NCBI GenBank assembly: GCA_002748835.1
Contig: PDTL01000013.1
Location: 140,510-204,509 of the forward strand
Direction of reading: 5' to 3'
Source of the DNA: Deltaproteobacteria bacterium
GTDB taxonomy: Bacteria; Desulfobacterota; Desulfobacteria; Desulfobacterales; GCA-2748835
DNA: 64,000 nucleotides
This document shows, piece by piece, positions 1 to 8,511 of this stretch. Under the pieces are notes generated by a model that saw only the letters and a program-made list of their open reading frames with translations, was not told the origin of the DNA and made no database searches. A program made the translations under genes and the position numbers. Every line of letters starts with the position of its first letter. The stretch's first letter is position 1.

Positions 1-1089
<1,089 letters not shown>

Positions 1090-1185
1090 TGTTTGATGAG
1101 CGGGGCTTATCCGTTGGAAACAGGTGATGACCCCTTTTCTGCCAAACCCGGAGGGTTCGTATCAAGCCGCAGCCCATATGCATGC

Positions 1186-1256
1186 TGAAAAAACGAAAGG
1201 GTTGGAATCCGTTTTGGATGACAACCCTTTGCTGGTTGATGGTGCCGAAGGCCGGA
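1186..1256. repeat. attL-like repeat (tRNA-Leu 3'-end remnant plus terminator-like hairpin)
   Basis: tgaaaaaacgaaagggtt...acaacccttt...tgatggtgccgaaggccgga matches 14369-14437. The first 18 nt and the last ~17 nt are identical; the middle has diverged. Confidence 0.7.
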
Positions 1257-1457
1257 TCCGGTTGTTGGGTATAACTATTTGATTTTATTATATCTGATAG
1301 TGCGGTTTGACTCAGTTTTATGGGTTAAACCGCACTCTATATGCACCTAAAATGACTTTTTGCTATGTAGGTAAAAATCCCGTCAATTTTCAGTAATTAT
1401 TGGCGGGATTTCTTTATATGGAAAACTCTCTTCTCCGTCTTCATGACAATTATTTTT

Positions 1458-1487
1458 TTGACCTATATTGCCTAACGGGTGTATAAT
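1458..1487 (+). promoter_or_regulatory. Putative sigma-70 promoter for the NTase module
   Basis: TTGACC (1458-1463), 18-nt spacer, TATAAT (1482-1487), about 35 nt upstream of the ATG at 1522. Confidence 0.5.
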
Positions 1488-1521
1488 TTTTGTATATGTG
1501 TTAGACAATCCGGGGCAGTCT

Positions 1522-1836
1522 ATGAGCTACATCAAAGGTGTGATTCAGGAAGAGTATGATCGTTTGAATGCTTTAGTTGATAAGTATCAAGCGAAAATCG
1601 CCGAATATCCCAAGGGCGGCATTTCCATTAAAAAACGTAATCACAGGGAATACGTGTATCTGGCAGTTCGTAAAGCGGATAAAGTTAAATTTCAATACAT
1701 CGGCGCTGTGGATTCGGAAAAGGCGGGAGTTGTCAAAGACCAGATAAATACCAGAAAACAGTTCGAAGAAAAGCTGAAGCAGGTCAAAGCCGATCTGAAG
1801 GAAATAGAAAAGGTGTTGCATGGAAGAAAATTATAA
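1522..1836 (+). CDS. Small coiled-coil protein, putative partner/antitoxin of the downstream NTase-fold protein (DUF6788-like by recollection)
   Basis: ATG at 1522 inside the 1468-1836 ORF, whose upstream part overlaps the promoter. Contains the motif REYVYLAVRKADKVKFQYIG. 3' end overlaps the next ORF by 17 nt. Confidence 0.55.
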   Translation: MSYIKGVIQEEYDRLNALVDKYQAKIAEYPKGGISIKKRNHREYVYLAVRKADKVKFQYIGAVDSEKAGVVKDQINTRKQFEEKLKQVKADLKEIEKVLHGRKL

Positions 1837-2506
1837 CCTCCTTGAGGCCGTTCTGAAAGAGCTTCAGGTCAAGGGGGTATTAGACGGGCTTGTCATCATC
1901 GGCAGCTGGAGCCAATATTTTTACCGGATCCTATTTGAGAATGCGCCCGAAATACCCTTGATCAGAACGACGGATGTTGATTTTCTTGTGCCGAATCCAG
2001 CACGGTTTAACAGCAAGGTTGATATTACCGAGTTGCTGAATTCTCTTGGGTTTGACAGTGATTTCGATTACCGCACCGGACTTGTTAAATACGTCCATCC
2101 CGATTTGGAGATTCAGTTTTTAACCCCTGCACTTGGCAGGCCGAAGGACACCCCATATGAAATCAAGAAACTCAATGTCAACGCTGAAGGTCTTGCTTAT
2201 ATGAAAATGCTGCAGGACTACAAGTTCAGCATGCAGCACAGGGATATCTCCGTATGGCTTCCGGAGCCATCCGCATTCATCCTGCATAAGATTTTAATCA
2301 GTCAGAAACGGAAGGACACGGCCAAACAGGAAAAGGATCTGAGGTCAGCAATCAGTATTGGTGAATTCTGCTTGGATTGCAGCGAACACCGGGAGCGGAT
2401 GAAGTTTATATTTATGCAGCTTCCCAAAAAATGGCAGAGAGATATATTGGGTGTTGTGAAACAGCATTCTCCCGATTTGCGTGATTATTTATCTGAAAAC
2501 ATTTAG
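1820..2506 (+). CDS. Nucleotidyltransferase-fold protein (GSU2403-like / AbiEii-MenT-like architecture)
   Basis: 228 aa. Pol-beta NTase signature: IIGSWSQ (G-S) followed by TTDVDFLV (D-x-D). Translationally coupled to the upstream small ORF. Confidence 0.6.
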   Translation: MEENYNLLEAVLKELQVKGVLDGLVIIGSWSQYFYRILFENAPEIPLIRTTDVDFLVPNPARFNSKVDITELLNSLGFDSDFDYRTGLVKYVHPDLEIQFLTPALGRPKDTPYEIKKLNVNAEGLAYMKMLQDYKFSMQHRDISVWLPEPSAFILHKILISQKRKDTAKQEKDLRSAISIGEFCLDCSEHRERMKFIFMQLPKKWQRDILGVVKQHSPDLRDYLSENI

Positions 2507-2784
2507 ACCCGTCGATTTGAAGGGCCTATCGATTCGTTAGGACCTTCAAAATTCCATAATTAATTGTCTGTAAATGTATAAACTCATCGATCAGCAGGCA
2601 CCACAACGGTTACGAGGGTGATTCCGGAGCGGCTGAATGATGGGGCGGCGGAGCGTGATCGGGTGAGTGATCAACAGTTAAGACGAAGGGTGCAACGACA
2701 GGACGAGGATATTTGCCCGAAACGGGCAGATAACACATCATTTCAACTGGTCTTCAAAAAAACTAAACCTTCTGTCTCTATTTT

Positions 2785-2812
2785 TTGCGCTGAAAAACAT
2801 TGCGCTGAAAAA
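2785..2812. repeat. Two exact 13-nt direct repeats TTGCGCTGAAAAA with 15-bp period (possible operator)
   Basis: Copies at 2785-2797 and 2800-2812, immediately upstream of a TTGACA hexamer (2816-2821). Confidence 0.5.
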
Positions 2813-2906
2813 TACTTGACAAACCCATACGATTTATTGAACCATTAAGGCGTTGCAGCAAATTCTGTAACTCGGTTTGGCGACCGGAATTGACAGAAGG
2901 CGTGCG

Positions 2907-2940
2907 AGCGCCCTGATCCTTTTTTTGTGGCGCTTTTTTT
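2907..2940 (+). terminator. Possible intrinsic terminator
   Basis: AGCGCC (2907-2912) pairs with GGCGCT (2929-2934), followed by a T7 run. The loop is large (16 nt), so the call is weak. Confidence 0.3.
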
Positions 2941-2964
2941 GCGTCCAAATGGAGGTAATATATT

Positions 2965-3056
2965 GGGCGGGTCGTGTGCGGAGACCTTCGGGTCTGCCGG
3001 GTTCCTTTTGTCCCCGGTTCGCCAACCGCATGCGGTCCGCCCATTTGTTTGGCGAC
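2965..3056 (+). ncRNA. Structured RNA element or 5' leader upstream of the zinc-ribbon ORF
   Basis: Nested helices by hand folding. P1 GGGCGG 2965-2970 / CCGCCC 3037-3042. P2 GTGTGCGG 2974-2981 / CCGCATGC 3026-3033. P3 AGACC-TTCG-GGTCT 2982-2995. P4 GCCGGG 2996-3001 / CCCGGT 3013-3018. The junction strand TCGCCAA (3019-3025) is complementary to TTGGCGA (3049-3055). Confidence 0.4.
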
Positions 3057-3098
3057 AGATGGCGGATTTCCTTCACCTCATACAAAAGGAGACCCATC

Positions 3099-3512
3099 AT
3101 GCACAAATCCCACAAACCAATCCCGGACAATACCAATCCTAATGTTTTTCGCTGCCCCGTTTGCGGTGGTACAGAGTCTAAGCCAAACAATTTATATCCC
3201 AACAATCGCTATTGCGCTGAATGCGGCATTCGTATGAAGTCTTTCGACTTCTCCGCGATGAAAGATCTCTTTTCCGCCATGTCCACCCTTCGTCTATCCC
3301 GTGAATATTTGACGACCGGCTGGGATCTCCGAACCATTTATACCGAGAATATACAAATCAATGCCATGATTGAGGCTGAAAAGCACGGAATAGAAATCAG
3401 TCGATCATTGCCGTCACAAGAACCTATGGAGGCGGTCTTGCTTCGCATGATCTCAAACGCTCTGAATGCTTACGATCGCTTCCGGGGCGCCAACCACTTG
3501 GTTCGAAATTAA
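3099..3512 (+). CDS. Zinc-ribbon protein, unknown function
   Basis: ATG at 3099 follows the AAGGAG RBS. Has CPVCGG...CAECG (CxxC...CxxC). The upstream part of ORF 2877-3512 overlaps the structured non-coding region. Confidence 0.55.
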   Translation: MHKSHKPIPDNTNPNVFRCPVCGGTESKPNNLYPNNRYCAECGIRMKSFDFSAMKDLFSAMSTLRLSREYLTTGWDLRTIYTENIQINAMIEAEKHGIEISRSLPSQEPMEAVLLRMISNALNAYDRFRGANHLVRN

Positions 3513-3582
3513 AGAGCAGCTGTAGGTAAGTAGCAGCACGGGCCCTGCGGGGCAAGTTGTCGGGCTTTTTTTTATTTAATTG

Positions 3583-3610
3583 TTGACTTCCAGCATTTTT
3601 ATGTTAGACT
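3583..3610 (+). promoter_or_regulatory. Putative sigma-70 promoter
   Basis: TTGACT (3583-3588), 16-nt spacer, TAGACT (3605-3610), upstream of the ATG at 3665. Confidence 0.35.
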
Positions 3611-3664
3611 CTAAATCAAGAGTCGAACGTAAGGTTGTCAGACGTTAACCGAGGGGAAAATATA

Positions 3665-4408
3665 ATGACTAAGGTAAGGACCGGCGACATTGAAGAGTTC
3701 AACAGGCCTTGGCTTGCTGTTCGGGTTGTCGCCATGCTTGGTCCCGAGATGCCTGTTAAGGTTATTCAAACATGGACGGACCGTGAGTTGCTGGATTTTT
3801 TTAATCCAAAACCCGGAAAAAATATTCCCCGGCTTTATTCTCTGGGGAATGCGCTTCAGCTGCATGGAATGTATGCTGCGTATAGCAGAGGCTTCACGAT
3901 AAAAAGTTCCGTTGAAATTGGTCGGCATGTAAGGGAGCTCGGTTTTGATCTCGTTCAAGATTATGGTTGTGATTGGACAGGTTTGAATAATGTCATACCG
4001 GAACTATTCGAGGTCAAGCTGCTGTTTTGGATAAACGGCGATGAAATGTTTTCCAAATGGACAAGTGTGGGTCAATTGAAATCTTGCTTGGATAAACACG
4101 GTGATCTCACAGAGGTGATGGATAAGGGGAACAAAGTCCTTGTAAGCGTTCTTGATGTTGGGGGGTTGGTATATGCTGTCATGAACAACTACTTTGAAAT
4201 AGATGACAGGATTAATCAACTTGCATTGGAAGGTAAATTGAAGCCTTTCCCAGAAAGATCGAAATGGGAAGGACTATTGAAGGGGTTGGGTGGAGATGAA
4301 AACGGAATGCCACTTGATCCAAATCATCCCTGGAATAAATCTGAGGATTTAAACCACCCAATGAATAAGCGAGCTAAAACCCTAAAAAGGAGAAAAAAAG
4401 ACGAATAG
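3665..4408 (+). CDS. Hypothetical protein (ORFan, basic C-terminal tail)
   Basis: 247 aa from the ATG at 3665, with a GAGGGGA RBS. I recognise no family. Confidence 0.55.
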   Translation: MTKVRTGDIEEFNRPWLAVRVVAMLGPEMPVKVIQTWTDRELLDFFNPKPGKNIPRLYSLGNALQLHGMYAAYSRGFTIKSSVEIGRHVRELGFDLVQDYGCDWTGLNNVIPELFEVKLLFWINGDEMFSKWTSVGQLKSCLDKHGDLTEVMDKGNKVLVSVLDVGGLVYAVMNNYFEIDDRINQLALEGKLKPFPERSKWEGLLKGLGGDENGMPLDPNHPWNKSEDLNHPMNKRAKTLKRRKKDE

Positions 4409-4582
4409 CTGATAAACGGGACGGCCCGGCAGCGCGCCAACGCATACCGGGCCTACCGAAAATGACGACCACTTAACCCACTAAGTTTAAATTTGGGCTC
4501 CATTCTTCGGCACCACCTTTGTACCCCATCTGGTCAAAAGTGTCAATGTGGAGCCTATAACCACAAGAGGAAACATACATTT

Positions 4583-4843
4583 ATGACCAAGCGAAAAAGT
4601 CCAGACTCCAAAAAACTATCTTTTGAAGATCAATGGTTCCGTGTTCCTGAAGCTGCATCATACTGCGGAATGGGCGTCAGGACCGTCCGCAAGTGGTTGA
4701 ATGAGGGCCTGAGGCATGTACGCCTGCCATCCGGAACAATCCTCATCAAGCGCAGTGCCGTTGACGAGTTCCTGAATAGTTTCGAGATAAACGAAAATTT
4801 CGTTGATTCGGTTGTTGAAGACGTTTGCTCAGGTCTGATCTGA
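4583..4843 (+). CDS. Excisionase/AlpA-like helix-turn-helix DNA-binding protein
   Basis: 86 aa from the ATG at 4583. VPEAASYCGMGVRTVRKWLNEGLRHVRLPSGTILIKRSAVDEFL fits the excisionase-family HTH pattern. Its stop overlaps the next gene's start (TGATG). Confidence 0.7.
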   Translation: MTKRKSPDSKKLSFEDQWFRVPEAASYCGMGVRTVRKWLNEGLRHVRLPSGTILIKRSAVDEFLNSFEINENFVDSVVEDVCSGLI

Positions 4844-7270
4844 TGACACCTCACAAACCTGAATATCTCAAACCGGATCCGGACGGAATCCCGGAAGAGC
4901 TGAAGTGCATCCCCCAGTGGGTTGTCTGGTGTGCGGTCTGGCGGAAGGGCAAGTGGTCGAAAGAGCCACGGTGCCCGATGAACCCTGATAGGCATGCCAA
5001 AGTCAATGATTCATCAACCTGGGGATCCTTTCACCATGCGATTCAATGTTTCCAGAACAGTTCCGGAACGCTTGATGGTGTTGGCTTCGTTTTAACTGAT
5101 CAGGATCCATTTTGCGGGTGGGACTTGGATAAATGCCGGGATCTGAAAACCGGCGGGCTTGAGTCATGGGCTTCCAATCTACTTTTTGAGATGGGTACAT
5201 ACACCGAAATCTCGCCATCTGGAACAGGGTTGCGTCTCATATATAAAGGAACGCTGCCCCCTGGCGGAAGGCGTAAGGGTAAAATCGAGGTTTACGAAAG
5301 TGGTCGATACCTGACGATCACTGGGCATCAGTCTTCCCCCTCTCCTGTGGAAATAATGAGCAGGTCAAATGAGGCGGCGGCGATACATAAAAAAATATTC
5401 GCTCAAGCTGAGAAGGAACAGGAACGGTTCAAGCCATCTTACGGTGGCGGTACTCACGATGATGATGCCCTCTTGCAGCATGCATTTACCTGGAAGAATG
5501 GACCTGAAATCCGGCGGCTGTTTGAAGGAGATGCCGGAAACGATCATTCCGCAGCTGATCAGTCTCTTTGTAATCACCTTTCATTTCTTTTTGATCGTGA
5601 TCCCAACCGGATTGATGCGATGTTCCGCCGCTCAGGGTTGATGCGCGATAAGTGGGATGAAAAACATTTTTCAGATGGTCGGACCTACGGGGAAGCGACG
5701 GTCGAGAAGGCTATTGCCGGAACTCGTACAACCTACCAGCAAAGAAACAGCGACCGCCAGTTTCATGAAAAGCAAGGTAGCCATCAGAGGGATAACGGGA
5801 AGTCGCAGGCATTAAAGGTAAAAGGTTATACCGCTGCCGAACTGGTAATGATGGAGTTTCCTGAACCCAAGTGGGCGATACCTGGGATTCTACCGGAAGG
5901 CCTGAACATCCTTGGCGGCAAGCCGAAGCAGGGTAAAAGCATATGGGCACTGAATATCGCTCTTTCTGTGGGGTTTGGGGGTATTGCCTTGGGGAAAATT
6001 TCCGTTGAAGCCGGAACCGTTTTGTATCTTGCGCTTGAAGATGTTCCAAGGCGCTTGAAGTCACGCATTGAGCAAATGACCAATTATGAGGGACGGGCAC
6101 CAGAAAACATTCACCTTTATACCCAGTGGCCGAGAATGGGAGCTGGGGGGATTCGAGCGCTTGATGAAAGAGATTCAAAAGTATGGAAATGTCCGGCTTG
6201 TCATTATCGATACGCTGGCGAAATTTCGGCCGGTATCGAGCAGTAGCAAGAACGTCTATGAATCAGATTATCAAGCGGTCGATGGGATTAAGCAGATTGC
6301 GGATAAGTACGAGGTGTCTGTCCTGCTGATTCACCACCTGCGAAAATCGGAAGCAGAAGACATCATGGACACGTTTTCAGGTTCACTTGGACTGACCGGA
6401 GCTGCTGATGGTCTGCTTGTCCTGGAACGGAAAACCGGCCAAGCAGATGCATTATTGCACCTGAACGGGCGAGATGTTGAGCCAGCGGAACTGGCTTTGA
6501 AGTTTGATCCGTCAATGCTGTCATGGAATCTGTTGGGGGATGCTCAATCTGTTAAATCCACAGAGGAGAGGCAACGTTTATATGATGCACTGAAGGAGCA
6601 TGCAAGCGATGATGGTATATCTCCTAAAGAACTAACTGATATTACAGGGCTTAAATATCATTATATTAGAAAGACTCTTCCTATATTTATAAAGGAAGGG
6701 AGTATTAGAAAGCATGGAAGGGGTAAATATAAATATGTCGGGAACAATGGGAACAATGGGAACAATGGGAACAATGGGAACATTGGGAACAATGCTGAAG
6801 ATGTTGCAGAATCCGGGAACATTGAACCAATTGTTCCCGCAGGGGAGAAAGCCGGGAACAATCCAGAAGCTTTTAATAACAGTGAATTAGATGTGATTGT
6901 TCCCATTGTTCCCAATGTTCCCACCTATTCAGCAACCGGGAACAATGCCACCTCCTTCTGTGGAAGTTCTATTCATGGGGATAATGGGGGTATTGGGGAC
7001 AATGGGGATGTTGGGGGTAATGGGGGTATTTCAGAATGTCCCCAAGCTTCAGGAATGTCCCCGGCCGGGGATAATAGCCGGGGATATTATAATGTCTTTA
7101 AAAACAGTATGTTAGATGTATATGCCCCCGATGTCCCCATTACCCCCACCCAATCAATGAGTGGTGATGATACCCCCGATAGAATATCCCCGGATAAAAA
7201 TGGAAGGGGACAAAGGGACGGGTGGGTAAGTGATCAGGAACCCATCCCTGTAACTGAAGACTTTTTCTAA
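4843..7270 (+). pseudogene. Bifunctional primase/polymerase + RecA-like (AAA_25/RepA-type) replication protein, split by a frame change at a G6 run
   Basis: Frame 1 (4843-6246) has the Prim-Pol motifs (WDLD, EISPSGTGLRLIY), a helical primase C-terminal domain and the Walker A GKPKQGKS. Frame 2 (from ~6150 to 7270) continues the ATPase (VRLVIIDTLAKF, VLLIHHLRK). Removing one G at 6145-6150 gives one continuous ORF. Confidence 0.8.
6740..7191. repeat. Iteron array, candidate replication origin embedded in the 3' end of the pri-rep gene
   Basis: 13 copies of GGGAAC(A/T)(A/T)T (9 forward, including 6 in tandem at 6740-6793; 4 reverse) lie in 6740-6946. 15 copies of a GGGG(A/G)(T/C)N(A/T)T-like 9-mer lie in 6977-7191 (8 forward, 7 reverse). 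The latter flank an AT-rich spacer at 7089-7121. Confidence 0.6.
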
Positions 7271-7312
7271 TCGGGCGAAAGTGTCCGGTAACGATCAAAG
7301 GAGTGATGATCA

Positions 7313-7681
7313 TTGATAGAGTATGTCACCTGCACCAAATGCGGAAAGCTATTCAAACGGAATACGGATGAACCATGGAAACAGCTATGCCTTTCCTGTT
7401 ATCACCGGCAGCAACGGCAAACTGATCGGAGCAGTCAGGATGACGCGGCATACTGGAGATCCAGATACTACGACGAAAAACGAAAGATTGAACAGCTGAC
7501 CAGCTCACTGCATAGCCTTGGGGCTTTCGATTCACGACAGTCAACCGACCTGGGGGCGTTCATGAAGGATAACCTGAAAACGATTCTGTTGTTGGTGCAT
7601 CCAGACAAGCACCGGGGCCTGCCAGCGGCAACCAGAATAACCCAAGACCTTTTGGATTTCAGAAAACGGGGGATTCTCTAA
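7313..7681 (+). CDS. Zinc-ribbon protein with a C-terminal J-domain-like HPD motif
   Basis: TTG start at 7313 after an AAGGAG RBS. Has CTKCG...CLSCY, then LLLVHPDKH at the C-terminus. Confidence 0.5.
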   Translation: MIEYVTCTKCGKLFKRNTDEPWKQLCLSCYHRQQRQTDRSSQDDAAYWRSRYYDEKRKIEQLTSSLHSLGAFDSRQSTDLGAFMKDNLKTILLLVHPDKHRGLPAATRITQDLLDFRKRGIL

Positions 7682-8040
7682 TGGCAACCAAACCCAAGAA
7701 ATATTGTGCGGCGTATCCCTGTCCGAATCTGGTACCGGCTGGTGAAACATATTGTCACCTGCATAAACCAGAGCAGGCCAGCAAAGAGACGGTCCCGTTC
7801 TATTCAACATCACAATGGCAGAAGCTTAGGCGCTGGTATCGGAAGCGTCACCCGTTCTGCGAACTCTGCTTAATAGATGGGCTGACCGTCCCCGCTGAAC
7901 TGGTGGACCATATTGTCGAGATCAAGGACGGGGGCAGCAAAACAGATCCGGAGAACCTTCAGTCTCTATGCAGGCGTTGTCATGCCATCAAAACGAGTAA
8001 GGAAAGAAGAAAACGAGGGGTGAAAGTGTATACCTACTAA
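7681..8040 (+). CDS. HNH endonuclease
   Basis: CELC...DHIVEIKDGG...NLQSLCRRCHAIKT. Sits immediately upstream of the terminase genes, as in HK97-like cos phages. Confidence 0.85.
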   Translation: MATKPKKYCAAYPCPNLVPAGETYCHLHKPEQASKETVPFYSTSQWQKLRRWYRKRHPFCELCLIDGLTVPAELVDHIVEIKDGGSKTDPENLQSLCRRCHAIKTSKERRKRGVKVYTY

Positions 8041-8136
8041 AATCATCGGGTAGGGAAGCTGTCACACCAGTATGGCCCCCTCACGTGCATTACTGAGGGC
8101 TAAAAGCGATTTACCCAGTAAAAAGGAAAGCTAATC

Positions 8137-8511
8137 ATGGAACCTATTAAAAGACTATGGCAGAAACCGTCCAACCTGACCGGATACGGAGCCGAGTTTT
8201 ACAAGAGAGTCGGAAAACAGCTGCTCTCTGTGGGAGTCCTGACAGAACTGGACCGGGAAAGCTTCGCGGCGCTGGCTGGAGCCTTCCACCTGATGCAGGC
8301 ATCACTTGATGCGGTTAACGAGTCCGGCGTAAACGTCCGGGGCTCACAGGATGAAGTCAAAAAGAATCCGGCCCTGACCACCTATAAAAACGCATCGGAT
8401 ATTTACCACCGTCTGTCTCGGAAATTCTTTTTGACACCTGGGGACAGAGAAGGGGTCAAGATCGAGAAACCGAAACAGGCCGACAACGGTAAGGGGAAAT
8501 TTTTTGACTAA
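8137..8511 (+). CDS. Terminase small subunit (P27 family-like)
   Basis: 124 aa. Position and sequence pattern (GAEFYKRVGKQL...ELDRESFAALAGAF...KKNPAL) fit P27-type TerS. Confidence 0.75.
   Translation: MEPIKRLWQKPSNLTGYGAEFYKRVGKQLLSVGVLTELDRESFAALAGAFHLMQASLDAVNESGVNVRGSQDEVKKNPALTTYKNASDIYHRLSRKFFLTPGDREGVKIEKPKQADNGKGKFFD

Noticed and set aside
2618-2848. 76-aa ORF (GTG start) in the purine-rich part of the island's non-coding region.
   Set aside because: It has no RBS and runs through the direct repeats and the TTGACA hexamer. The C-terminal half looks like translated regulatory DNA. I cannot exclude a shorter real peptide, but nothing supports one.
6740-7030. The tandem 9-bp repeats as a CRISPR array or a generic microsatellite.
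   Set aside because: The units are contiguous with no spacers, occur in both orientations, and fall into two families around an AT-rich core. That is an iteron/origin-like organisation, not CRISPR. No cas genes are in the window.
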